A stretch of DNA of 64,000 bases from contig OZ037771.1 of the NCBI GenBank assembly GCA_964035545.1, forward strand, positions 7,039,190-7,103,189, given 5' to 3'. Positions 1 to 35,600 of the stretch are shown piece by piece. The stretch is from Bugula neritina. Taxonomy: Eukaryota > Animalia > Bryozoa. Positions within the stretch are counted from its first letter, which is position 1, and the number at the start of each line of letters is the position of its first letter. Position numbers and translations under genes: made by a program. The notes beneath the pieces are model-generated. The model ran no database searches and was not told the origin of the DNA. It saw only the letters and a program-made list of their open reading frames with translations.

Positions 1-9618
<9,618 letters not shown>

Positions 9619-10714
9619 GGTTTTTTTAAGAGTGTGTTCTTCTTCTTACGAGACAAAAAACTATGTTGTTTAGCTGAGTGTAATTTGCAGCACCTTTAAG
9701 CAGGGTTTGAAAAGAAAGGCGTAAATGATAAAAGTGTAAATATGAAAAAATAGACTCACTGATATGCTTGAGCTTTCGAGTGACGACCTGATAACCTAAA
9801 ATAGGTTATGATTCTAAGTAATTAGATAACGTAAAATGACGTAGGTTACTGTATGTAAATAATTCTCACTGCTCTGTAAATGGTTTACGATACTGACAGC
9901 CCAGCCCACTATTACCTTGCAATATTTAGATAGGATATTCAGCAGCAGGCATTAAGGTTTGTAGCTAATGTGATTCATTTGATTAGTGCTAACTATTTAA
10001 TATGAGGCTATGTCATGGCCTTGAGGCAATTGTCCTTCTTCCTCTCCAGGCTATCTGTTGATATGCTGGGGTTATACAGTGAATGCATACTGTGTTTTTG
10101 AAAATTCTCAATGGGAAATTTAGCAAGGCTTTTGTGTATTTACCGCATTTTTGGGCTAGTACAGTAACAACCTAAGCAGATGAAATTTTATTAACTACTC
10201 CAAAACAGTTATTGCAGCCATCATTTACTGTTATATTTAGCTGCGCTCTGCAAACAAAAAAGCCTAGTTGTTAGACATAAAAGATAAGTATAGATTAAGA
10301 TGCATATTTTCCTACTAAAACATGTTTTTTTATAAGATGTTGCGAGCAGATTTTTATTTTGTTTTTTTTATACCAAGTAATATAATTTTCAAAGCCAACC
10401 TCATTAATTTTATGCATATGTTATATACCGGTTTTTGAAGAATTGATGTTATTTAGTTTTTACCAGCAAGCATAAAAACACACTGCATGTAGAAACAGTT
10501 TAGGCATTCTTTGAATATTCTTGTTAAAAGTATATAAAGCCAGCTATATACGTGCTCAACAACAGGCTGAGACTTTCAAACATACTGGCGCTGACTGCAG
10601 CTGTGTCTTGTTTGTTGTGTGATAACAAAATACCACTTTAGTAACCTGTGCCAGATAAGGTTATATAACTGGTATGTTATCTGCAAATAGAGCTGTAAGT
10701 AAAAGTATAACTAT

Positions 10715-11450
10715 CACTGCGTTTCCATGAAGGCGAATGAATGCGTACGGATGCCCGTACGGATTACATCGAAGGAAAAACCACACGTTCCTATGCAATC
10801 CGTACGAAGTTATCTTCTCTTTGCAACTGTGACGGCTGAACTAAAATGATAATTAATATGGCCAACTTTGAGTTTGAGTTCATGCACAACGACAATTTTT
10901 TAATTCTGTCTCCATTTTTGATAGATTAAATCAACTAAATACACAAACTTTGAGTCAGTTTATTTAAAATAAAAAAACCATAAACCAATTTCTTGATCGA
11001 TAAACAAAAGCTTAGAAGTAATTTAAATTTTCAAAATGAAAAAGCTGTCAACTTATTTTTAGCTTGAGAAAGCTTTGGCTTGCAGAATAGTTTTACAAAT
11101 TTAAGATGATTAGTAATTATTTTAAATAATAGCAGCTAGAATAAATAAAATAATTTTAATTTTTAAAAGTCGAAGTACACTTTAGCGTAGGTTGTAACCT
11201 ATAATTACTGTTAGCATCGCGTAACTATGTAACTAGCCGCCACAAATGCTGATCTCTGCCTCCAGCCCAAAAAAGGTTTCATTCGATTTAACCGAAGGAA
11301 CCATTTCCATGATGCGCATAATGCGAAGGAAAATTTTCATCGAAGGAGCCGTTCGGTGTAATTTCCGGCTGCGGTTTTGCTTCGATGCAACTGTTTCCAT
11401 AGGGCGAATGAGAAAATCCATTCGCATAATGCGATAATGGAAACGCAGTG
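10715..11450. mobile_element. Non-autonomous TIR DNA transposon (MITE), copy 1
   Basis: TIRs CACTGCGTTTCCAT / ATGGAAACGCAGTG, 3-bp TSD TAT. A homologous copy lies at 62474-63601. Confidence 0.88.
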
Positions 11451-13556
11451 TATATGAGATTCTCACAAACCAAACTGTTTGACAACATGGATGTGCAATT
11501 ATGTAATCTCCCCACTTGCCACTCTATAGCTGCTACATTCGCTGCCAGAGTGGTTAATCCCAGCAGTAACTATTTAACTCATTTTTGTGGGAATCCTTAA
11601 TGGTTAGATTTATTAATTGGGTTTAAAACTGTGCCTCTCACCATGCGATTTGAGGAATTTTACTGTAAAACAGAACAGATGATAGTTGGCTGTTCTCCAC
11701 TAAAGCCCCGTTAGGGGTGGTTAGCCATCCTCTGTCGTACAGGGCCAGTGTTCTAATCACTGGACTATGATGGTGCTCTGTCAGAAGTAATTCTAGTTAG
11801 AATCTATAATATATCATGAATAATTGAATTATTGTGTATTTTATGCTGCTTATTGTAGCCATGACCTTTTTCTTAAAATGTTGGACTTCAAAAAGAACAA
11901 GCTGCTTTAAAGTACTTGTAAAATACATAGTGGTATTATAGAGATGACCGATAGGCCTAATATGTAGCAAACTTACACTCTAACAATCCAACAACTTTCC
12001 TTACGTTTGTTAGTTAAGAATGAGTTTGGATAGTTCTTGCAGGTAAAAAATATTATATATGCTGTGTGCTTAGTGTAGAACCTGCTAACCCAAAGTCAAC
12101 GGTCTGCTTGTAGGACATGTATAAGTTAATTACCAAATTAATCTTCAACAGTCATCAACTCTCCAAGACTGATTTTGTCAATGTAAGGGTAGCCTACTGA
12201 GTTGTTTCACAATTTTGTTTTGTCGACTGAACATCTTGTTAGGTAGCGTTGCCTTTTGTCTCAAGATCTATTGAAATAACTCTTCGATAAAGTTGTACTT
12301 GGAGCTGTATGTTTACAATAGTTAGGTTGTGCACAGGGATTTTTGTTCAGCAGCAGATGAAATTTTGGACTAAGTGAGTAGGTAAGTAATAGTTATAGTA
12401 AAACTTTACTTGGAGTATGCATACAGTTGTTAGGTTGTGCACAAGGTTTTTTTCTATAAAAATAGATGAAATTTTGAACGAAGTTATTACAGTTTCGGTA
12501 TATGACAGTTGGTAAGTAATAGATACCATTCACTATAAAGCATATTATTTTGGTAAAAGTATAGCTGTAGAGCACAGAGGAAACCTGTATTAATTACTGG
12601 GTGTTTCATAACACACTACAACACCAGACCGCAGTAACTCAAGTTCAGAAAACTTTATTTAAAAAACTTTTTGTTTACAACTATTATTTTTTTAGACTGT
12701 ATAACATAACAATATTTTTTAAAAAATTCAAAAGAATTATGTAAAATATTATTATTTACAAACTTTCATAAAAATATGACTTAATAGAAAATTGCTGCAA
12801 TTTTAACAGTAAAACATTAAATATTTAAAAGTAGTATAGTGTAAACAATAATAAACTGATTATCTAGCAAATTCATTTCCATAACCAGCCATTTTCTAAC
12901 TGTTATTGTCCAACAACTCATACATGAAGTAAAGTAGCAGAAAATAGCATGAAGTTTAATAATTGCCATGGAAATAATGCATTAGGTTAATTGACAACAG
13001 CATTAGGTGTTACCATCACAAAACCTAAACTATCATTACTATGCAACAGCATCAGTATAGATGAAGCGCATAATGAGGTAAAAGAAAGGATCGAAAGTTG
13101 AAGGCAAGTTTAAAATATGCTACAGTCCTTGGTGAACATAAAAATGCAAAATTACATCCCAATAACAAGTATACAGAGTTATTTGGATACAAAATGTGTA
13201 TGATAATGCCTTATCATGGCTATTAGCTAAATACCAATAACAGCAATCTACTTCTTTGGCAGCACCTGATATACTTAAATTACCGTTTGATAAGCTTGAA
13301 TAAGTTATTCTGTCAGTATAAGCTAACATAATTCATAGTGCAAGGCAAACTGCAAAGATCTGGGACTCGGCGTGCAAGAGAAGTTAAACTTTTTGGCAAG
13401 TATTTGAAACACGTCTTTAAGCCAAAAAGAAACATGAAAAATTCAACTTTTAAGATAAACTAAAATTGATACAAATATTACAATAAATTAGGCTATTGAC
13501 CAGGAGTGTGTGTGTGTCGATGGAGAAATTTGTTCTAGCAGTGAGTTGAGGTAAGT

Positions 13557-19011
<5,455 letters not shown>

Positions 19012-22000
19012 GTCTGGAATCAGTTGACCAAGTCAGAATCTCAAAGTTTATGGACCATCACATTCTAAAGAGAAACATACTTTTGAAACCATGTAATAAA
19101 AACTTAAATTCTGCTAAGAGATATCTATGTTCTATTTATATCTATGGTAAAAATACTCCACAAGAGATAATTATAACCTGCAAAAAATCTAGTTATATCT
19201 GAATAAATCAGAGCCTGGAAAACTGACTGCATAATTTTCCATTTTAAGCACAAATTACCAATAAATTGAAAGTATGAGTTTTTTGTGAAAGAATGAACTA
19301 TACAGTATATATGAAATTAATTTGCTTCTAATATAGCCCTTCGCTAAACAGCCCACATATTTGAACTCATTTATTTCTAACGATAAACTTTCAGCAGTTA
19401 TATTGAGGTTTGTAATTATTTGTAAGAATCACTGTCAATGATTTGATGCAGCTGAAAAAATATTACCAAGGTGGTGCAATAAAAAATTATTAAACTATTT
19501 GCTAACAATATTTCTGTTTTAAATAGCAGTTATTTTTAAATTACCAGCTGTATTGCTTGAACATTCATTTAAGATAAAAAATCCGATCTTTTAGTAAATG
19601 CTCAAACTTTTGCAAAATGAAGGAGTAGTGTTTATATTTCATGTTCAAACAGCAAACATATTGAAACACATGGCATTTCCATGCCGTTAATCTAAACTAT
19701 TTTAAGAGAAAACAAAGTAAAAAGTATCATGATGACCATTGAAACTCGAAATAATTGTAACATTAGTCTGAGAATAATGAATAGCCTATGCCAAGCTACA
19801 TACAATTACGAAATAATAAAGACTACAAAAACTGTACAATTGAATATAGCATTTCTAATTTAAACTGAGTAACTAATTATTTAGATTTATCAACTCTTTA
19901 CATTACAATTAAATATCAAGAATATATCAATCAATTTTACTAAATATTAGGATGGTAATACTAACTGCCTAGAAAACAATAATAAATTGAATGTTTAAGT
20001 TTGAAACAATGTTGCATACAATTCAAAATATTTATGTGTTATCAAGTCATTCATAAATAAAATATTTATGAATGACTTGATAACACAGCAACTCCACCCT
20101 TACTTTTTAGGTTAGTAGCCCATTATTATTGATTAACAAGTTATGATTTGTGAGTAAATTTAATGATATTAACAATAATATATGATGCTATCCTGATACT
20201 CAAAATGACAACAATAACGCAAGTTAAACTGAGCACTCTATAAACTTTTATAAACTACTGATAATGATTTGAGCCAATTTCAAATTTATTGTTATATTAC
20301 ACTACAGTACTTAGTTACTTGGTTACTAGTTACATAAAACTATATCCTTTTGCTGATTTACGGTTTACCATGTTAAATATTCATAGTGAGATTAAGTAGT
20401 AAAGGTCTCCACTCATACCGAGTCTCACTCTCAGTCAAGTAACAATAAACCACAGACTGAAGTTCATGCTAATCTCAATGCTATAACAATACTCATACTG
20501 ATCAGTATTTACTGTCAGGGTGTTTATGAGAGCAATAAATCACCTGTACAACTAGTGCTGATGGGTAAAGTTAAATGTGTATGCAAAGACTAATTTAAAT
20601 TAATACTAATAGTAATACTATTAGTATTACTTATTACTACCATACACCAGTACTAGTACTACCAGTATTACTTTCAGTATAACTACAAGTACTACTATCA
20701 TTAAATGTAATTATTACAAATAAAAATAAAATTAAAATAGTGATTAGGTTCAACATTACGATTATCAGATTGAGATCATCATGATTATAACAATGATAAT
20801 TTCATAATGACTATCCTTATGATACTCATAATGTGATTAGTGGCATTATGATTATTATATTTATAACAATAATTATAATAACCATAACCATAATGATAAT
20901 GATAATGTAAAACTAAATGATAATCATATTCATAATGATCAATCGTTATGAAACTCGTTTTCACATTAGTTTGTTTTATTGCCTGTTTAGTAAAATAATG
21001 CATGATTTGAATAAATATAATGCCACCCTAACAACATTACATATATATCATTATATGAGTGATTTAATGATTTATTATTTGAACATTTTAATGTCAAAAA
21101 CTGGGGGATAGGACGAATTATTCAAGCATTCAAGCGGAGCCAAAGGATACTGAATATGGTAAGGATCGCGAGGTGCAGCACAAGGCATAGGATAATTGAG
21201 TACCGTTACTCAAACTTCAAACTCGAAAGAATCCAGCCACTGCACTCAGTGACTTCAGATCTTGTACTGCATCAAACGATTTTTAGCAGTAGACCAAAAT
21301 CTTTAGTCAAAGGTGATTACAAGAGCACTAGAGTTATAAATGAGATCTTCGCAAATAAAAACGTCTATTTGAACATTTGCATTGACGTAATTGACGAGAG
21401 CCACTTGCTGTACCGACTCCGTTAAAAATATTAATTTTTATTTTCAGGTTGCTTATCAAAAGACCTGAACTTCATATTATACTCATTTTCATAATGAAAT
21501 TCATAACTTGCAGCAGTACAGTTGAGTGGTAATACCAGTGTCTAGTTTCTATGAAGTCAACAAATTGATTATATAAATATTTAAAATGAAAAGTAGTAAT
21601 TTTATTTTGTTCTTATCTATATTTAATTATTAAAAACAATAAATATAATTAATAATATTAAATTTAATAGACATAGTCATACTGATACTCATAGTGGTAG
21701 TATAAGTAGTCTATTACTATTAATATTATTAATAGTATAATAATGATATAATATTGATATTATTAATTATAATAATTATATTATTAATAATTATTTGGTA
21801 ATTATTATCACACCTAATGTCCGGCTTTTTAGTATTACCCAATTACTGATATATTGAATTACAGTATGAATATCAATATGAATATGACTCATATTATGAG
21901 TATCGACTCAGTGTGACTATCAATATGGATATAAATATTATAGTTATAGTTGTACTTGTAGTTGTAGTCGTACTGATACTATAGCTTTTAGCTGTGAGAA

Positions 22001-23202
22001 CAGATGATCAAACTAATGACCTATAAGAAACTAACTTGGAATAGAAACTATAAGTTTAGTTCTAAAATTTTATCTTTTTAATTTTTAATTGAACTTGTGG
22101 CAATTGTAATATGAGTGATTATGGAATTTATTAATGACATCATTCCGATTGCAGCTATTATATTAAGTATCATATTAGAAAATAGAATTTAGTAGATTTA
22201 GAAAATAGAATATTGTAGCTATTAGAATTGCCAATAACATTTTGCTTAGTCATAATACTATCAGCCATTATCATGTGTCTGTGATAAAGTTTATTCTAAA
22301 AAAGAAATGGATACTTATAGAATAAATTGAATAATTCCATTTCTCATTCATATTAGTCACATTACTGGTTACTACATTGTAAATAGCCATAAAGTTAAAC
22401 TGGGGGCAAATATTAGACTCCTCTAAAATATTTGCATAATACCTTCAGTCTAGACCAGAATATCAGTGCTAAAATTAAAATTCATTCAATTCGAAAACTA
22501 AATGCTAATTTAATAGATTCTCATGCTAGTATTCCTTCTAGTTTTTAAAATATCAACATGGAAATAAATAATATTACTCATAGTTTCACTTATCAGTCAA
22601 GTTCAAAATTGTTAAGCAAAGAAATTACCTGATGTTAATAATGCACTTGATAATTTTTAGGTTTTGTAGGAATATCCTTTGATTTTGTTGATTTCAAAAT
22701 TTTCTGTATTTGTAATGCGGTTAACCCTATGTGTTTCAAGTTATTCCTTGACATAAATTTTGCACTGTTCAACTCTATTGATTGTACTTTTTGCTACTCA
22801 AACTTGCCCACTCACTTAGCATTACTCATAAACTAATTACTAATCACTCTTAAACTTATTTCAAGTGATACTTTATCTTCTAGATAGTTGTGTATTACTG
22901 TATTAAATGAAAAATTGGGAAGACAAATCTAACATTAATATTAAGCTAAAATTCACTACAAAGCTTCATCTCCTAGATGCTTGTGTGAAAGTCGCTGGGG
23001 CCTTACCTTCTGTTATTGCAACACACCTATCTTCAATGTATTATGCCTTTTGATATATTACAATTATGAGCTAGAAAGGCTAATTGCTTTTATACTGGTA
23101 TGCCATATTAATATAATTTCTTTGTGAAAATACTAAGTTCAATATAAGTAGGCCTTTGCTATTGTTTAACATGTCTGTATTTTTTGTTTCACATTCATTA
23201 TA

Positions 23203-23433
23203 AAAAAAACTCACTTAAAACTCACGCAAGTTTATAGTCGCTATCCCTGTGAGAAACTCCTGATGGAAAGGGTTTTTGTTAGAACGGGCTAAAGGCTTGT
23301 TTTAGATGGGGCACAGGAGCTATTATGACTGGATGCTCTTTCTAACATCACCAATGGCCTTTGCCGGAGTTCGAACCCATGACTTCGTGTTCACAAAGCA
23401 AACACTTTAACCCCTAGACCACGGCTGCTCCCT
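23203..23433 (-). mobile_element. tRNA-derived SINE with 16-bp target-site duplication
   Basis: Minus strand has A-box-like TGGTCTAGGGG and B-box GGTTCGAACTCC. TSD TTTCACATTCATTATA at 23187-23202 and 23434-23449. A degenerate copy lies at ~41567-41760. Confidence 0.88.
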
Positions 23434-23516
23434 TTTCACATTCATTATATACCCTGCCTAATGTGATAAATGTGTATACCATTGTTCATAGTGGTTAAAC
23501 AAGCTGATGATCAAAA

Positions 23517-29964
<6,448 letters not shown>

Positions 29965-30841
29965 CATGTGCACAAAACTGGTGTAACACACCACTGGTAG
30001 TTTCCATTACATCACGTGGTTGCTGGTTGCATGAACTTATGGTTGTGACTTGTGGTTCAGGCAAAGGTGCAAAGGTCAATTCTGTTTAATATACTTGTGA
30101 GGTGCCAGGGGCTAGTAGTCATGTAGTTTAGTTATGCTAGTATGAATGTATATTCAAGGTTGAATCTAGTCTTTAGAAATAATTATGCAAATATTGTACT
30201 GTCACAGTCCACTATTTATCTTATTTTTTGATAAGCTGTTTATTGTCAAGGCTTGAAAATATTTGCCTAGTTTGAATTGTTATTGCATACGATTTTTGCT
30301 GATAGTGTTAGTTGTTCTATACATCATAACAAGACATCAAATTGTGAGTTATGTTTTTATATCAGTAAAATATATTTATATTATGTATATATATATTTAT
30401 AATATGGGTCTACCAGCAGTGCAGTTGGAAATACATGGTTTTTGAACAGATATCCTTGTTAGCTCTATTTTTGCAATGTTTATTTGAATATCTAATAGTT
30501 GAATAACATTGCATACCGTCACTTGGCACCAGATCAAGATTTTATCTTATCTTATCTTATTCTACTTCATAGCATTGTTACCAAAAGGTAACTTTTTGTA
30601 TAATTATTTAGATAAGTTGACTGAGAAAGGTTATTGCTCACCCCCATCCATTAACTATGCTGGAACCTGAAGAAATATAATATGTCTAACTAAAGCAAAA
30701 CTGTTATACCTGTATAACTGTACTTCTCATGCATATTGTGACTTGGTCAACTATTGTTACCTAAGCTGTATAAATATAGGCAGTGCTTCTAATTCTTATT
30801 GGCTCAGTTTATCCATCTCTCTAATTTAACTTGTTTACTAT

Positions 30842-31939
30842 CAGTGGTGTGTGACATGGGAGAATTCCCCCCTAGGGGGGAATTTGGTCTTTTTAGGGGG
30901 TTAATTTCATTTCTAAAAGTTTCACGCAGTTTGTTGATAATTTTTGAGTTTATACCCTATTTTTCAAGTTACTTTCATTTTACTTCATCTGCTTTCATTT
31001 TACTTCATCTGCTTTCATTTTACTTCATCTGCTTTCATTTTATTTCATCTATGGTTTTATGCGCTGCATTTTACAATCTAAGTTTACTTCTACATGCGCA
31101 TGTCTATTAATCACTCTGCCCTAACTGCTACCTGGGCTACTGTAAATGAAGGCTAAAAAGGTTCATGAAATCCAATAGAAATGTGAGCTGATCTCTACGA
31201 ACTATCTTACACTGCATACCTTGTAGATATATTTGCTGCACTAAATAATTTGAACCTAGGAATGTATGAGTACGTCATTGTTTTTCATAGCAGCATCAAT
31301 GCTATCAGAGCTAAGCTGAAGTTGTGGCAAACACACATTTTAATATCGAAAATATTGTATCTTTCCCCCTTTCAATAAATTATTAGGAAAAGAACCTGTT
31401 CTAAAAACTTTTTCAAAACATTTCTCTGAACTCTTGAAAAGTGTCTCTCTGAGCTACCTTCATAAAAGGAAGAAATTTTCAACTTGACACTGACACAATG
31501 AAGTTTTTACCAATTAAAGAGATTCATGGGTTTCAACAAGCTAAATCTATCTACTGATAGTTAAGAAAGCACTAAGAATTTTAGTGTTATTCAGCACCAC
31601 CTGAGCTGGGATTCTCATCAACATTAACCCTCAAAGTGACCTGAGATTTGCCCTGTCCACGTAAGAGCTAGCAAGCTGGCACAAAAGCATCAGCTGCAAC
31701 CATCCCAATACCAATAAATAAATTGTTGTGTGTTTCAACCATGCATACTAATATTGCAACCAATATATATTATTATAATCAAATCTAATAGCAAAATATA
31801 GACTTGTACCATAATAATAATAATATATGTTATGTCAGTCTTTTTAGAGTACATATAAATAGCAATTTACGAAAGGGGAGAAATTAATATTCAATGCTTA
31901 TGAAAAGGGGAGTGGTATAAAAAACTTTGGGAACAACTG
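30842..31939 (+). mobile_element. Decayed hAT (Charlie/Buster, ZBED5-like) DNA transposon remnant
   Basis: Termini CAGTGGTG.. and ..TTTGGGAACAACTG. Transposase fragments AYLVDIFAALNNLNLGM, INAIRAKLKLW, KALRILVLFSTT and DLRFALS resemble the hAT C-terminal region. TSD not convincing. Confidence 0.72.
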
Positions 31940-32040
31940 TTCAAGATAATGCTTTTAGCTTGCCTTGTTATTATTAATGTCAATAGTAATGTATAGATGA
32001 AAGCAAGGGGTGTAATGACAATGAGCGCACGCAGAAAGTT

Positions 32041-32051
32041 GGAATTTCCCC
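32041..32051 (-). promoter_or_regulatory. NF-kB consensus site upstream of the IAP first (non-coding) exon
   Basis: GGAATTTCCC(C) reads GGGAAATTCC on the minus strand, a perfect GGGRNWYYCC match. A strong donor AA|GTAAGT follows at 32167 and an acceptor at 32549. Confidence 0.55.
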
Positions 32052-32699
32052 AAACCTTTTAACATAGTCATTAGCCCTTCTTATTGTTGCTACGTTTCAT
32101 TATTCGTTTAGTTGCCCGCTCATTTCCAAGCTGTTTAGTATTCCACTGCACGTTTATCAGTCTCAAGTAAGTCACTTTTAGCTTAATAAAACTCTTTTCC
32201 TTTTAACTAGCTCTACAAAAGACTGCATCAGTTGTTTTTAAATCTTATTGGTAAGCAGTTTAGTGCAAGTTTGTAATTTAACACTGTAAACTAAGAAGTA
32301 GCTGTTAGTAATGCTATAATTTGTATTAGTGATAACTTACTTGTCACAACTTCAGAATGTTGTAGAATTTAACTTGGATGTGTCCAGATAAGTAATTTGC
32401 TATCACAGCAATATTGCTTCAAACTATTTTTTATCAAAAATTGGTGTTCCTGAAATGCTGCACTGTGAAATCCAATTCTTGCTCACTGATCACAACAACC
32501 TATACCATATTGAGTTTGAAAGGGTTAATTAATTCTGTTTTTTTTTCAGGTTTATACCAGAACCTTTAATAACACGGATTATCAGTAACGCTCTCTGAAT
32601 CAATGCTTATCAGACTGCCAGGTGATTTAAACTGTAATACAGTCTAACAAAGTGGCTGGGTCAATAATTAATATAGAGCAGCAAAGTTGTTGCAGGCGA

Positions 32700-35600
32700 A
32701 TGACTGATGTTCATAGAAATGATCAATGCCAGCTAAATTTCGGACTTCGAGCAAACAGTAACATTTGCCCTTTTAAGGTTAAACTCAAAAACATTCCTTC
32801 AAATATAATATGTTTAATTATTAAGTTGGTAATAAAATCTATAGATCTAGCGACTTCTCTAAGCCAACACGTAAGAAGTAGCAACATTTCTTATAACATT
32901 GCAATTAGTGTTGAGATAACTGACATCCAACTAGACATCTATATATGTATTAGTGTAATTGAGAAACCTTCTGAGTGTTATCGCAACTCCAAACCACTAC
33001 CTGTAATTGTAAAAATGAATGAAAGCTTAGAAGAGTTTGCATCTTCACCTGTTTCTAAAGGAACTCCGTGTACAAGTCCTCAAATAGTTGAGACTCAACC
33101 TGCAATTACTACGACATTTAACACTAGTGATTATTTTGACTCTGATGTAAGGTCATATTTAGTGAAACAAAATAAAAATGATTTACAAACTGATGAGGTA
33201 CATCAACTCGAGTCCTACAGGCAACTATTTGCTCCTTTAGTAACATCCGCTCATGTTTTAAGCAAAGCAGCAGATGTTAAAAAAGTTGAGAAGGAAGAAG
33301 ATAGTAAACGTATACTTCCCCTCGACGTTCAGCAGATTCTGGATGCTGGTCTGGTGACTGTAACCAGAATAGAGCAAGTCTACTTTGCTTCCAGTGCTAC
33401 ACAAATATCTTTTTTAAAAAATAATTTCACCAGAGAATCTCAGCGCCTTTTGACTTATTCTAACTTTAAAAGCAGTTGTATGTCAGCTCATTCGCTAGCA
33501 TTGGAGGGGTTTATACACGTCCCGGACTTGGGTAAAGATGCCGTAGCCTGTGCCTGGTGTCATCTTAAGTTATGTAACTTTCTTGAGCCCGTGAATGTCA
33601 GGGCTCTTCATAGAGCATACAGTGAAGACGTGTGTCAGTTTATACAACTTAGAAAGTTGGAAAATGTTTCGGATATCTCTGACAGCCATGTGATCACCCC
33701 CTTCCAACATGGTAAGTGTACAGATGGTTGCATTTAGCTTTTATATCAGGAAGGAATTATAATTTTTTCCAGATTTTTTTCTCAAACTGATGTTTATAGC
33801 ATGACTCTAGACCCTCAAATATTCCATTTAACACCCTTTAATTAGCATTATTATGTTTTTAAACATACTTGCAATATTTTCTAATAATGTATCATGGGTA
33901 CTTTATTCTACTAACACACAATACTAGCTGATGAATCTAATAACCTTTATGAAACAGCATTATTACATAACTGCAGCTTAGGTGCTGTGAAATGTTATGG
34001 TATATATGTATATATATGGTATACTAGTTATGATATATTGCTGTAAGTAAGCCTAGGGCCACACTGTGCGTATTTTCGCATGCGAAAATTGAAATCACAA
34101 GTAGCAAAGGTGTCCACTGTGCCCGTTGAGAAAACGTTCGCACTTGTCGCTCTGCATTTTCAACGCAAGTGCGAATCGTCTCTGTCGTCGTCACCTAATT
34201 GGCTGGTAGTTATTAAGCGAGCCCAATTTCTTTATTTTAGTGCTATATTTCAGTAAATTTGAGTTTTATTGAAAGCGAGTGCGATTTAAAAATGAAAGCT
34301 TTATTTATCGCGCATCACTGAAGCTACAGTGGACGCCTTTGCTACTTGTGGTTTCAATTTTCGCATGCGAAAATACGCACCGTGTGGCCCTAGGCTAAGG
34401 GGAAGGAAGTCATATTGTTATTACACCTCACTGATTTTGCAATTAAGTTATTATGGAAACCACATTAAACGTATAGACTGATGATTTTGTTATTAGTTTA
34501 AGTCTTATTACCTAAATATGTCTTGCTTACTTTTAACATAGCATAATGTGTTTTATATAGCATAATAATTTGTAATACATATAACACTATAATATATATT
34601 ATATAGCATACTCTAATAAATATTGCATTAATATACTAACAACATGCATATATTAGTTGTTACAGTATTAATTTAATGATTTTCATGCAAAATATAGTTG
34701 TAGAACTTAATTCATTTGGCAAGAAAAAATTGCACAGTCATCATGAAAAACATTCTTTACACAAATCTTCAGAAGCTTCTTCACCAAATGCAGACTCTGG
34801 GATCTTCATGGAGAATGATAGCATGCCGTTTTCAAGCTCGTCATCTCAAGATTCACCCCATGTTTCTTCCTTATCTTCAATACAAGAACGCAGTGACGGT
34901 GGGTACTGTTCCCTCAATAACCTAACTTCTGAAGTCAGCTCTTCTTTGGTAAGTTCAAAGAGGTTAGAAAATGCTAAACAAAAGCCCACAACTCAGTTAG
35001 GTGCTGCATCAAGAAACCAGATGCAGAGCGTTACTGGTGGTAAACTCAAGAAAAAACTTACAAATATGGTTCTTAGTGAACCCAATACAAAGATGTCTGG
35101 TGATGATTCGGAGGTTTCTGAGATGGAGACATCCAATAAAGTTCTCACCCTTGCAACTACTTCCCCCTCTAAATCAGGAGCTGCTGGACCTCTAGACAAA
35201 ACCCAGACGATGGATTTGGTTTCTTTCAAAGTCAGATATGTTCAGCATTGTCAACCCAGGTGAGTGTCACTTTGTTTATAAGTTCTTAGTAACTTAGCAG
35301 ATAGTATGAAAAATGACATTGTTCTTGTGGTGTACTAATGAAAATAGAGCATCCGCTAAAATTAGGCTTGCATTTCAAAATGATATGCAATATTTTTGTA
35401 TGCTAGAATATGCTACTTTTTTATTTATTATAGGACTTTACTTTTTTGCTTGACTTGCTTAGAAATTACTTAATACAGCGTGAATTTTGGTGTCACGGAG
35501 TGTGAGAGTGTGCATGAAAAAAATGGCTCAATCACAAACACTATACCCAGTGACTCCAAACTCGGTGCTGCATCTAACGATCTCATATGTGCTTACATGT

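Noticed and set aside
9890-10080. Faint SINE-core-like sequence (also ~2265-2330 and ~11500-11770)
   Set aside because: Too degenerate to define boundaries or family.
23350-23433. tRNA-like sequence as a functional tRNA gene
   Set aside because: It is the head of a SINE with a body, a tail and a 16-bp TSD.
30858-30885. kB-like GGGAGAATTCCC / GGGGAATTT near the IAP
   Set aside because: It lies in the subterminal palindrome of the hAT remnant, so I did not count it as a host site.
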